DNA from: Minisyncoccota bacterium
GTDB lineage: Bacteria > Patescibacteriota > Minisyncoccia > Phycocordibacterales > UBA918
Direction of reading: 5' to 3'
Length of the DNA: 64,000 nt
NCBI GenBank assembly: GCA_022841645.1
Contig: JALHRC010000002.1
Span: 36,846-100,845, forward strand
Positions 27,751-37,362 of the stretch are shown in pieces; position 1 is the first letter of the stretch; every line of letters begins with the position of its first letter. The position numbers were made by a program, and so were the translations under genes. Under the pieces are notes generated by a model. That model did no database searches. It was not told where the DNA came from and saw nothing but the letters and a program-made list of their open reading frames with translations.

Positions 27751-27823
27751 TGGACCCGAGAGGATTCGAACCCCCCGCCTCCTCAGTGCAAATGAGGCGC
27801 TCTACCAAATGAGCTACGGGCCC
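27751..27823 (-). tRNA. tRNA-Ala (anticodon UGC)
   Basis: The reverse complement folds as a canonical 73-nt cloverleaf: acceptor GGGCCCG/CGGGTCC with the G3:U70 alanine identity pair, D-arm GCTC-ATTTGGTA-GAGC, anticodon loop TTTGCAC, T-loop GGTTCGAATCC, discriminator A. CCA is not encoded. Confidence 0.9.
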
Positions 27824-27974
27824 GATGAGAACCGATGTATCATACCGTACAAGGCGTTGTCGTCAAGTCAACAAAACGAGTTGGCATAGTGGTATACGGC
27901 GCTCCACATGTGTTATATAACTGTTTAAATCCATTCCTTTTAGGCACATGTTCGCTTAACTGAGATCTCCAACT

Positions 27975-28298
27975 TTAGATCACGTCGATTTTTTGATTAG
28001 TACGCCTCGTTCTTATCCATATAACCATCAAAGCTATAATTGGTAGGATGTAAAATACATTTACGACAAACTTTCTATCAACGCTACAATCAGGACCAAT
28101 GATGCCATTATATGGGTAAAAAGTTGTGTACGGTTTCCACCCAGGTTCTGTGGAGAAGTTAAGACTCCACTGGGTGTTAGTGAATGAAGTACTCCAGTCT
28201 ATATCTCCATTTGGTAGACGTGGAGGAGAACAGCTGTACGTGAGGGAAGGGAGAATAAGAGGCAAAAGCATAATAATCGCCAAGAAAAGTTTTCTCAT
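27975..28298 (-). CDS. Hypothetical small exported/membrane protein (107 aa) in the low-G+C islet
   Basis: N-terminal signal (LFLAIIMLLPLILPSLTYSCS). C-terminal TM (VFYILPIIALMVIWI). SD-like GGGG before the ATG. The local sequence is AT-rich. Confidence 0.45.
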   Translation of the reverse strand: MRKLFLAIIMLLPLILPSLTYSCSPPRLPNGDIDWSTSFTNTQWSLNFSTEPGWKPYTTFYPYNGIIGPDCSVDRKFVVNVFYILPIIALMVIWIRTRRTNQKIDVI

Positions 28299-28612
28299 GC
28301 CCCAATCCTATCACGGTACTTCTGTATGAGGTCATTACAAAGAACAAAGGTGGTGCCAGCCAAAAACTGATACCACCTTATCGTCTTTCCGATTGTCACC
28401 CTGGCTTGCGCGGTTAACGTAGGGTTAACGGACAGATGCATGCTTACTCGGGCCGTTTTTACCTCTACAGACAATCCGTAGCTACCGAAGCCTCCTGACA
28501 AGTGTCTTTATAATAGCTGCTTCTTGCAATACTTCAACGCTGCCTAACAGCAAACGAGGTTCCAATGCCACCAATGACAACTGGCTGCGATTTGTTAAGA
28601 TACACATAAGAT

Positions 28613-29092
28613 ATGAGTTTAGAAAATCCAGAACGGTTCACACCTGAAAAACAGGAACTTCTTCGACTAGAGGCAACAGGTGATTATGTATTTCACGGAT
28701 CAGATAGTGATATAGAGGAATTTGAACCGCGACAAGCACATAACTTTATTGATGGTGAAAACCATCCTGACGGTGATCCAGCAGTCTTTGCTTCTTCTGT
28801 TGCAGAGTATGCAATATTCATGGCGTTAATAAATAAAACTAATTGCCCTAAGGGATATCGATCAGGAGCAGAGGCTACCAACGGAAGGAGTACTTACAGA
28901 GCAACACGAGATACACTTGATCAGTTACAAAATGATGCAGCGGGGTGGGTCTATGTGTTTGATAGAGGTCAATTTAACAGCCGAAAAAGCGAAGGAATAG
29001 AATATACAAGCTCTACCAATGTAAAGCCCCTAGAGAAAATTAGGGTTTCCAGAGTAGATCTTCCCCCAAATATAGATATCATTGAGGAATAA
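28613..29092 (+). CDS. Hypothetical protein (159 aa) in the low-G+C islet
   Basis: ORF with the islet's AT-rich codon usage. No recognisable motif. Confidence 0.45.
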   Translation: MSLENPERFTPEKQELLRLEATGDYVFHGSDSDIEEFEPRQAHNFIDGENHPDGDPAVFASSVAEYAIFMALINKTNCPKGYRSGAEATNGRSTYRATRDTLDQLQNDAAGWVYVFDRGQFNSRKSEGIEYTSSTNVKPLEKIRVSRVDLPPNIDIIEE

Positions 29093-29190
29093 TAGTTCCA
29101 CTCGTCATTACCGACTGGAAGGCAAAATAGGGCTTATTCTAATCAAACGGTCCTTGCTCTGGCTGTTTTGCTGCACGAGAAACTTAAGTC

Positions 29191-29220
29191 ACCACTGTTA
29201 TCATATATGATAACAGTGGT
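29191..29220. repeat. 30-bp perfect palindrome ACCACTGTTATCATATATGATAACAGTGGT
   Basis: Perfect inverted repeat centred on CATATATG, about 90 nt upstream of tRNA-Ala(GGC). Followed by a second small palindrome CAAAAAACTTTTTTG-like at 29224-29237. Confidence 0.6.
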
Positions 29221-29307
29221 CTCAAAAAACTTTTTGTTAGCTTTGTGCTGGCTGTTAATGCTTTTCAACTGCTGACTTATTTCGTATACTGCCCGCGCCG
29301 TTAGCAA

Positions 29308-29380
29308 GGGCCCTTAGCTCATCCGGTAGAGCGCTTCCATGGCATGGAAGAGGTGAGCGGTTCAAGTCCGCTAGGGTCCA
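29308..29380 (+). tRNA. tRNA-Ala (anticodon GGC)
   Basis: 73-nt cloverleaf: acceptor GGGCCCT/AGGGTCC with G3:U70, D-arm GCTC-ATCCGGTA-GAGC, anticodon loop ATGGCAT, T-arm AGCGG-TTCAAGT-CCGCT, discriminator A. No encoded CCA. Confidence 0.9.
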
Positions 29381-29414
29381 CGAGTATATTTCACGGAGCA
29401 AATATTTGTACAAA

Positions 29415-29435
29415 ATACCCCCCAGGGGGTATAAT
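29415..29435 (+). promoter_or_regulatory. CsoR-type operator (inverted repeat ATACCCCC-CA-GGGGGTAT) overlapping a TATAAT -10 box; a TTGTAC -35-like element lies 18 nt upstream
   Basis: 8-bp perfect arms at 29415-29432. TATAAT at 29430-29435. The csoR-like ATG at 29443 sits 7 nt downstream of the -10, implying a leaderless transcript. GC-rich TACCC...GGGTA pseudo-palindromes are the known CsoR operator type. Confidence 0.5.
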
Positions 29436-29442
29436 TGTGTGT

Positions 29443-29706
29443 ATGAAAGAGTCACACAAAAAGCTAGTTCGTCGCCTCAAAATTATCGAAGGGCAAGTAC
29501 GTGGACTGCAAGGCATGATTGAGAAAGACACATATTGTATTGATGTCATCACGCAGACCTCAGCCATCAAGCAAGCTCTTTCAAATATTGAAAATGTACT
29601 CTTGGAAGAACATCTTTCTCACTGTGTAGTTAATCAGATAAAGTCGGGTAACGTAACAAAGCCAGTCGGAGAAATACTACAGGTGTATCGGTTAAAGCGT
29701 AAATAG
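29443..29706 (+). CDS. csoR: CsoR/RcnR-family metal-sensing transcriptional repressor
   Basis: 87-aa all-helical protein. Pattern KKLVRRLKIIEGQVRGLQGMIEKDTYCIDVITQ...LEEHLSHCV with the Cys...His...Cys copper-ligand triad typical of CsoR. The ORF track start 29344 overlaps the tRNA and is rejected. Confidence 0.8.
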   Translation: MKESHKKLVRRLKIIEGQVRGLQGMIEKDTYCIDVITQTSAIKQALSNIENVLLEEHLSHCVVNQIKSGNVTKPVGEILQVYRLKRK

Positions 29707-29707
29707 T

Positions 29708-30256
29708 ATGGAACATAATCACTCAACATCAAGTGCAATAAAAATTCATCACGTAGCAAAAGTAAGTGTGTGGTCATACTGGCCGATCACTACCATATAC
29801 TTGGTGGCGGCACTTATTTCGCTTTATTCGGTACAATTTCACGCCTACCCTGACTATATGTCACACCTTATGGGCTGGGTTCTGATATTCTTTGGGGTCA
29901 TCAAGCTATCCGATGTAGTTGGATTTGCAGAGGGATTTGCAATGTACGATCCACTGGCAAAACGAAACATCGTTTATGCTCAGGTATACCCTTTCTTAGA
30001 GATCACTCTCGGTATTCTCTTTATACTTCAAGTTCTGATTCTACCTGCTACTCTCATCACTTTGTTTATCTATAGTGCTAGCCTTATCGGCGCTTTACAG
30101 TCAATGGTTAAAAAAGAAACCCTGCACTGCGTGTGTCTCGGGACCTACTTCAAACTTCCGCTCTCGACCGTCACCATTATTGAGGCAATCTTTATGATAA
30201 TGATGTGTCTTTGGATGTTAGCAATGTTTAACAGTATGACCATGATGGTTATGTAA
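29708..30256 (+). CDS. Hypothetical integral membrane protein (4-5 TM helices), co-transcribed with csoR; possibly a DoxX/MauE-like or metal-handling membrane protein
   Basis: Start is 2 nt after the csoR stop. Multiple TM helices. Conserved Cys pair (HCVCLGTYF). Confidence 0.55.
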   Translation: MEHNHSTSSAIKIHHVAKVSVWSYWPITTIYLVAALISLYSVQFHAYPDYMSHLMGWVLIFFGVIKLSDVVGFAEGFAMYDPLAKRNIVYAQVYPFLEITLGILFILQVLILPATLITLFIYSASLIGALQSMVKKETLHCVCLGTYFKLPLSTVTIIEAIFMIMMCLWMLAMFNSMTMMVM

Positions 30257-30267
30257 TAAAATAATTT

Positions 30268-30927
30268 ATGAAAAATCAATCAATCGCAATAATTATTGGA
30301 CTCGGAATCTTAGTCGTTGGTGCCGTAGCGTATAGTTTTGGTGCAAATAAGGATACTGATACCAAAATGGGTATGAATATGGGTGATGACGTACCAGTAG
30401 GGATGCACCGTATGCCAGATGGTTCACTAATGGGTAACGCCCCTGCAAACAACGACATGGGTATGATGGGTGGTATGGATCACTCAATGATGATGGTAAA
30501 GAGTGAACGAGAGTTTCTTAAGGGTATGATTCCACACCACCAAGAAGCAGTTGATACTGCCAAGCAGGTGATCGCTCGTGGCGGTTCAACTCCCGAAATC
30601 AAGAAACTAGCTGAAGACATCATCGTGGCACAAGAGAAAGAGATCGCTATGATGAAGGAGTGGTATCAGGCGTGGTACGGGGAAGCATATGTAGCTGATC
30701 CTAAAGACTACAAACCTATGATGCGTGACCTCTCAACTCTCAGGGGAGCTGCTCTAGATAAGGTCTTTCTCGAAGATATGGTTATGCACCACATGGGAGC
30801 AATAATGATGGCACAAAGTGTACAACCATACATAGAAAATCAAGAAATCACAGATCTGACCAAGGCAATTATGGAGACGCAGGCAGCGGAGATAGAATTA
30901 ATGCGACAGATGCTTAAAACCTTGTAA
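30268..30927 (+). CDS. DUF305-family protein with a Met/His-rich (MxxM-type) N-terminal copper-binding region, secreted or membrane-anchored
   Basis: N-terminal TM/signal. The Met-rich stretch MGMNMGDDVPVGMHRMPDGSLMGNAPANNDMGMMGGMDHSMMM. Paired DUF305-like motifs MIPHHQEAVDTAK and MVMHHMGAIMMAQ. Confidence 0.7.
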   Translation: MKNQSIAIIIGLGILVVGAVAYSFGANKDTDTKMGMNMGDDVPVGMHRMPDGSLMGNAPANNDMGMMGGMDHSMMMVKSEREFLKGMIPHHQEAVDTAKQVIARGGSTPEIKKLAEDIIVAQEKEIAMMKEWYQAWYGEAYVADPKDYKPMMRDLSTLRGAALDKVFLEDMVMHHMGAIMMAQSVQPYIENQEITDLTKAIMETQAAEIELMRQMLKTL

Positions 30928-31053
30928 TGATATGGAGTGAATATTCTTTTACAAAATCTGTTGCAAGGTAGGGCACGCTTGATATGTCACCCAAAACTTC
31001 ATTAGATACTCCCTAAACTGGTTCGATAAATTTCCCCTATAGTCCACCGAGAC

Positions 31054-31095
31054 AAACTAAAGGCACACCCATAACAATGGGTGTGCCTTTAGTTT
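31054..31095. terminator. 19-bp perfect-stem hairpin (AAACTAAAGGCACACCCAT aaca ATGGGTGTGCCTTTAGTTT); possible bidirectional terminator or recombination site
   Basis: Read directly from the sequence. Lies 127 nt after the DUF305 gene. The flanks are only moderately T-rich. Confidence 0.4.
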
Positions 31096-31190
31096 AGTAA
31101 GTGACCAATGTCACTTATGGGTCTCGGTGGAAGCCACTGCGATGTTTTCTGTTCATCATAGAGCAGAAAACCGCAAGGGGGGGTCGACAG

Positions 31191-31232
31191 CACTTAGTAG
31201 AATCAGCACGAAGTGCTTGATTCTACTAAGTG
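31191..31232. repeat. 15-bp perfect inverted repeat CACTTAGTAGAATCA...TGATTCTACTAAGTG enclosing an inner GCAC-gaa-GTGC hairpin
   Basis: Read directly from the sequence. Lies in a non-coding stretch at the right edge of the low-G+C region. Confidence 0.3.
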
Positions 31233-31720
31233 ACTGGTGACCACAAGGACCTGCTAAATTCTGAGCAAAGCGAAACAATATAGCTTGGTGACCGTCAAGA
31301 TCAACATCTTGACTTTCTATGGCTTTGTGTAAACATGTATTTGCTGTACCCATTGAGCGGAGTAGAATCATGGATCCAGAGCTCTTGAAGGACATTCCCC
31401 AAGGTACGTTCCGCATCATTCACTGCATGGGGGATGGTCCGCTCGACTACAGCGCCTGCTGTGTCGGGAACTATAGTGAGAGGCGAGAAGCGATTCGAAT
31501 CGCAAGCGACCACAATCGAGGTCGGCGGGAGGCTCAGAGCTCCAGCACGTACTTTGTCTTTGATGACAAGGGCGCGTGCATCCACTAGGGGACAGGGCAG
31601 TTGTGGGGCCGCAGCATTCGCTGCGGCCCTTGCTAGCTTATGCTACTACATACTGAGCGGCGCAAGAACTAACAATGACGACAGAACTGACACAAAACAC
31701 AATGCTATACTGCTAGGTAT

Positions 31721-32005
31721 ATGACATGGCAAAGACAAGAGGCAATTCGCAGCAACCCCGAGAAGATTGTGGGAAGGATTGAGATGGAAGGTACTGGCTC
31801 ATGGAAGGAGCGCTATGAAGGTGTCACCATCGGGCAGGTGCGAAAAAAGCTTGAATACTCGCCGGAACTAAGAGAGCAATTAAAGAATATTAATCCTGAT
31901 GACATGGACGCTATTAAAAGTATAGCTAATAAGATTGGTGAAGATGAGGCTATACTGGCAGCCATTGCTTTTGCCATCAGATCTAAGTTAATTGGGACAA
32001 ACTAA
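31721..32005 (+). CDS. Hypothetical small protein (94 aa)
   Basis: ORF upstream of the atp operon on the same strand. No motif. The overlapping alternative ORFs at 31300-31600 are ambiguous. Confidence 0.3.
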   Translation: MTWQRQEAIRSNPEKIVGRIEMEGTGSWKERYEGVTIGQVRKKLEYSPELREQLKNINPDDMDAIKSIANKIGEDEAILAAIAFAIRSKLIGTN

Positions 32006-32072
32006 TCTAGTAAGTGGCTTGTTAATACAGCCATAATCTGCTACCATGCAGCCGCAAAAGCGGGGCTTTTGA

Positions 32073-32852
32073 GTGTCATTTGCCATGTTTGGTCTGATTG
32101 AAACGGCATACGCCGCGGAGGGTATTTCGGTAAAGCTCGCACCATACGTGGTGGGGGAGACCTTTGGAGTACCTATCACTTCCACCATGATCACCACTTG
32201 GCTCACTATGGGACTTCTCCTCGTCCTCGTGCTCGTGGGTACCCGCCGACTCGCCCTTGTCCCCGCCGGACGACTCCAAAATGTTTTTGAGATGGTAGTT
32301 GGTGGCGTCCACGACTACATGGCTGACGTGCTGGAGAGCAAGCAGCTCGCCCGCACCTACTTTCCTATCGTGATGACGATTTTCCTGTTTGTCCTTTCCC
32401 TCAACTGGGTGGGGCTTCTACCGGGCGTAACCGCCTTTGGCACCTACGACCTAGGCCACCTCACTCCGTGGCTCTATCCCGCAGCTACCGATCTCAATAT
32501 CACCCTTGCCTTTGCGCTTATCGCCTTCGTGACCATCGAAATGGCCGGGGTAGTGGCGCTGGGCACCTTCCGCTACCTCGGCAAGTTTTTCAACTTCCAT
32601 TCACCACTTGGGTTTATTATTGGCATCATCGAACTCATTTCGGAAATGGCCCGTCTCATTTCCTTCTCCTTTCGTCTTTTTGGCAATATCTTTGCTGGCA
32701 AAACGCTCCTCGTCGTCATCATGTTCTTTGTGCCGTACGTGGTGCCGGTGCCCCTCATTGCCTTTGAAGTGTTTGTCGGATTCATCCAGGCCTTCATTTT
32801 TTCGGTACTGACATTATTCTTTATTAAACTGGCCGTGACCGAACCGCATTAA
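32073..32852 (+). CDS. atpB: F0F1 ATP synthase subunit a
   Basis: About 6 TM helices. C-terminal conserved region ISFSFRLFGNIFAGKTLLVVI...FIQAFIFSVLTLFFI with the essential Arg in the RLFGN context. Confidence 0.85.
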   Translation: MSFAMFGLIETAYAAEGISVKLAPYVVGETFGVPITSTMITTWLTMGLLLVLVLVGTRRLALVPAGRLQNVFEMVVGGVHDYMADVLESKQLARTYFPIVMTIFLFVLSLNWVGLLPGVTAFGTYDLGHLTPWLYPAATDLNITLAFALIAFVTIEMAGVVALGTFRYLGKFFNFHSPLGFIIGIIELISEMARLISFSFRLFGNIFAGKTLLVVIMFFVPYVVPVPLIAFEVFVGFIQAFIFSVLTLFFIKLAVTEPH

Positions 32853-33008
32853 CCACGTTAGAAAGTATGAAATATTCTATTGGTGAGGTAGTGTGGGTGA
32901 CTAGGACAGAGGCAGTAGTTCTTTCTAACGTGGCTAGCAGATAATCACGAGTCTCGCCCCACCCGTGGGCGCGCGCCTCGTACTTGTCCGGTAGTGATTA
33001 CTCATTAA

Positions 33009-33284
<276 letters not shown>

Positions 33285-33287
33285 TAC

Positions 33288-33614
33288 ATGCAGTTTAAGG
33301 AGTTTGTTCAAAAAGCCGACCTTGTAACAGACTTGTATAAAGATCTGAATAGGGAACAGGGATTCCCACAGTGGTCACTCCAAGACTACGTGCAAGGCTT
33401 TACGGAAGATGTAGGAACACTCTCGCGCCTCACGATGATGAAAGCCGGAGTGCGTAAGCCTGTCGACGACTTGGATGAGAAGCTCAAGCATGAAGTGTGT
33501 GACTGTCTATGGTCAGTTATCAGAGTAGCGCAAGCGCTCAACATTGATCTAGAGACAGAATTCCCCCTGCAAATGGACAAACTTGCTAAACGCATTAAAG
33601 AAGACAAACATTAA
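33288..33614 (+). CDS. MazG-like nucleotide pyrophosphohydrolase domain protein (small all-helical NTP-PPase) inserted in the atp operon
   Basis: 108 aa. The pattern FTEDVGTLSRL...HEVCDCLWSVIRVAQALNIDLETEF resembles MazG/dCTPase-like EExGE and ELADVLxYxxRLAxxLGIDLE motifs. Starts 4 nt after the atpE stop. Confidence 0.55.
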   Translation: MQFKEFVQKADLVTDLYKDLNREQGFPQWSLQDYVQGFTEDVGTLSRLTMMKAGVRKPVDDLDEKLKHEVCDCLWSVIRVAQALNIDLETEFPLQMDKLAKRIKEDKH

Positions 33615-33616
33615 TT

Positions 33617-34063
33617 ATGGATCAAATCATCGAAGCCTTCGGGATTGACTGGCGACTCATCGGCATTCAAATCGTCAACTTTGGCCTACTCCTCGCGGCG
33701 CTGACGTACTTTTTGTACAAGCCTGTGTTGCGGCTCCTTGATGAACGCGCGGCTAAAATCGCGCAGGGCGTGGCTGATGCCGAGGCAGCTGCGCTCGCCA
33801 AGGCTAGTGCGGAGGGTGAGAAGAAAGCTACCCTCGCCACCGCTCAGAGTGAAGCGACCGCGATTGCTGAGCGAGCACGTCTTCACGCCGCCGGCGTAAG
33901 CGAAGAGGCTGCCAAGGCAGCGCAAGTGAAGGCAGCCACTATTGTAGCAGAGGCGGAAGCACGCGCCCTGGAAGCCAGGCGCCGCGCCGAGAAGGAAAGT
34001 GAGGCCGAAATCACCAAGCTCGCTCTTCTGGCGACCGAAAAGCTGCTGCGCGAACGCGCCTAG
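33617..34063 (+). CDS. atpF: F0F1 ATP synthase subunit b
   Basis: Single N-terminal TM followed by a long Ala/Glu/Lys-rich helix (AEAEARALEARRRAEKESEAEITKLA). Confidence 0.8.
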   Translation: MDQIIEAFGIDWRLIGIQIVNFGLLLAALTYFLYKPVLRLLDERAAKIAQGVADAEAAALAKASAEGEKKATLATAQSEATAIAERARLHAAGVSEEAAKAAQVKAATIVAEAEARALEARRRAEKESEAEITKLALLATEKLLRERA

Positions 34064-34090
34064 TCAGCACCCCGAGCGATTCTCACCATT

Positions 34091-34477
34091 ATGCGCGAAC
34101 ACTACATCACCGCCGTTCTACAACTCCTCGCTGAGGGGGCTGCTCCGGCGAAGGTGATTGATGGTCTTAAGCGCACGCTTAAGACCCACGACCATCTTCG
34201 CCTGCTTCCAACTATTTTGCGCGGTGTGCTGCGCCATTTAGAGAACGGAAACACCAAACAGGGTGCGCGTGTGTATGTAGCGCGTGAAGATGATGTCGAG
34301 AAGTTGACGGCCACTATCAAGAAACACCTCGCCACCTTAGGTGCATCAGAGTCGCCGCTCACGGTTGTGAGTCCAGCACTCATCGGGGGTGTCGTGGTCG
34401 AGCATGGCAACCGCCGCGTCGATGCATCGTACAAACGCGCCCTTACAGAACTCTACGACCGAGTGACCAACGCCTAA
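34091..34477 (+). CDS. atpH: F0F1 ATP synthase subunit delta (OSCP), short 128-aa form
   Basis: Its position between atpF and atpA. C-terminal delta-like segment ([32 protein letters not shown]). The N-terminal helical bundle is largely missing compared with a typical ~180 aa. Confidence 0.6.
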   Translation: MREHYITAVLQLLAEGAAPAKVIDGLKRTLKTHDHLRLLPTILRGVLRHLENGNTKQGARVYVAREDDVEKLTATIKKHLATLGASESPLTVVSPALIGGVVVEHGNRRVDASYKRALTELYDRVTNA

Positions 34478-34508
34478 CCTTTACTTACTTTTATTTTTAG
34501 CCACGTTT

Positions 34509-36074
<1,566 letters not shown>

Positions 36075-36080
36075 ATCACC

Positions 36081-36983
36081 GTGGCTCTCAAACAAATTAA
36101 AAACAAAATAGTCTCGACCAAGAAAACCGGCAAGGTCACCAAGGCCATGGAGTCGGTTTCGGCGGTGAAGATGCGCAAGAGCCAGGAGCGCGCGCTTTCG
36201 TCGCGCCCCTACGTACTCGGTGCTACCGCTATGCTTGAGCGTCTTATAGTAGGAAGCAAAGGGGTTTCCCACCCACTTATGGCAGCACGCACAGGTAGCA
36301 AAGTGCTCGCGGTTATTGTGACGAGCGACAAGGGCCTTGCCGGAAGCGTTAACAGTGCGGTCTTGAAGCAAGCCGAGCGTCTATTTCGTAGCGAGGGCAC
36401 TGTCGATGTGGTGGCCTTTGGTCGCAAAGCAGTGGAGTTTACTCGTCGTGAGGGCAAGAAGCTGATCGCCGAGTTTACCAACGTCGCCGATGGTGTGGGC
36501 CTTTCCGATATCGAAGCTGCTACCGCCATGATTATTGATGCCTACAAAAATGACGATTACCGCAGCGTGGTTGTCATTCACCAAAACTTTCTCTCCACCT
36601 TTGAACAGGCTCCTACCGTACGCAACGTGCTGCCGCTACGGGCCGAAGAAATCCACCGCATTGCCGCCGATATCGCCCCACGGATGGGGAAGTACAGTGG
36701 TGTAAAGCATGAGGTGGGTACCGCCCGTGAGTACACCATTGAACCCTCACCGGAAGTGGTGCTCGAGGCGCTGCTGCCACAGCTCGTGCAGATCATCCTC
36801 TACCACGCGCTCCTCGAGAGCAAAGCGTCCGAGCACTCAGCGCGCATGGTGGCGATGAAGAACGCGACTGACAAGAGTAAGGAGGTAGTAAAGGCACTCA
36901 CCATTAAGTTCAACAAGCAACGCCAGCAAGCCATCACGGCTGAGGTGAGTGAAATCACCGCTGGTGTGGAAGCGATGAAATAG
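36081..36983 (+). CDS. atpG: F0F1 ATP synthase subunit gamma
   Basis: 300 aa. N- and C-terminal coiled-coil helices (MALKQIKNKIVSTKKTGKVTKAME...; ...ITAEVSEITAGVEAMK). Confidence 0.9.
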   Translation: MALKQIKNKIVSTKKTGKVTKAMESVSAVKMRKSQERALSSRPYVLGATAMLERLIVGSKGVSHPLMAARTGSKVLAVIVTSDKGLAGSVNSAVLKQAERLFRSEGTVDVVAFGRKAVEFTRREGKKLIAEFTNVADGVGLSDIEAATAMIIDAYKNDDYRSVVVIHQNFLSTFEQAPTVRNVLPLRAEEIHRIAADIAPRMGKYSGVKHEVGTAREYTIEPSPEVVLEALLPQLVQIILYHALLESKASEHSARMVAMKNATDKSKEVVKALTIKFNKQRQQAITAEVSEITAGVEAMK

Positions 36984-36984
36984 T

Positions 36985-37302
36985 ATGAAAGACTTAATTC
37001 CAAGCATAATTGTCCCTTTGGGATTATGGTACAGCTTCTCTAGTGGTGGCGTAGCTTCAAAGTTACAGCAGGGTGGTGTACCGTTAGATTTTCCAGCTAT
37101 ACTTTATTCTTTGGAAATTATAGAGTGGTCTTTCTTGTTTGTTGTCGTCGCCAACATCATAATGTTAGTTTTAGAATATTTTGCTAAAACTAACCCCCGA
37201 TTACAATCTATTTATCAAATAGTCCAACAGGTTTTAGCATTTACTGTTTTCGTTGTATTTATTGGTGGATTCATATTTCTTGCCTATCTTGGCCTTAAGT
37301 AA
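36985..37302 (+). CDS. Small hypothetical membrane protein (105 aa, about 3 TM), first of three AT-rich cassette-like ORFs between atpG and atpD
   Basis: ATG overlaps the atpG stop. Hydrophobic helices. Codon usage is AT-rich, unlike the flanking atp genes. Confidence 0.5.
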   Translation: MKDLIPSIIVPLGLWYSFSSGGVASKLQQGGVPLDFPAILYSLEIIEWSFLFVVVANIIMLVLEYFAKTNPRLQSIYQIVQQVLAFTVFVVFIGGFIFLAYLGLK

Positions 37303-37307
37303 TACTA

Positions 37308-37353
37308 AGTAGCGAGTGCCTTGTTGGGCTTTCGCTACTCAGTGGTACTGAGT
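37308..37353 (+). repeat. 46-nt structured repeat, copy 1 (AGTAGCGAGTGCCTTGTTGGGCTTTCGCTACTCAGTGGTACTGAGT); two adjacent hairpins
   Basis: Hairpin 1 pairs AGTAGCGA with TCGCTACT (8 bp) around a variable loop. Hairpin 2 is ACTCAGT-GGT-ACTGAGT (7 bp). Located 3' of the first cassette ORF. Three near-identical copies are present. Confidence 0.7.
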
Positions 37354-37362
37354 AAATTACGC

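Noticed and set aside
29344-29706. Longer 120-aa version of the csoR ORF starting at 29344
   Set aside because: That start lies inside tRNA-Ala(GGC). The promoter and operator signals and the CsoR family length (~90 aa) support the ATG at 29443.
31301-31724. Overlapping small ORFs on both strands (31319-31588 +, 31434-31724 +, 31301-31585 -, 31156-31419 -)
   Set aside because: Mutually exclusive and of similar length. None has an SD, a motif or a compositional advantage. The region may be non-coding or hold one small gene that the sequence alone cannot identify.
32468-32811. Alternative-frame ORFs inside atpB (32468-32767 +, 32608-32811 +, 32573-32797 -)
   Set aside because: Internal to a strongly conserved subunit-a coding frame. 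Artefacts.
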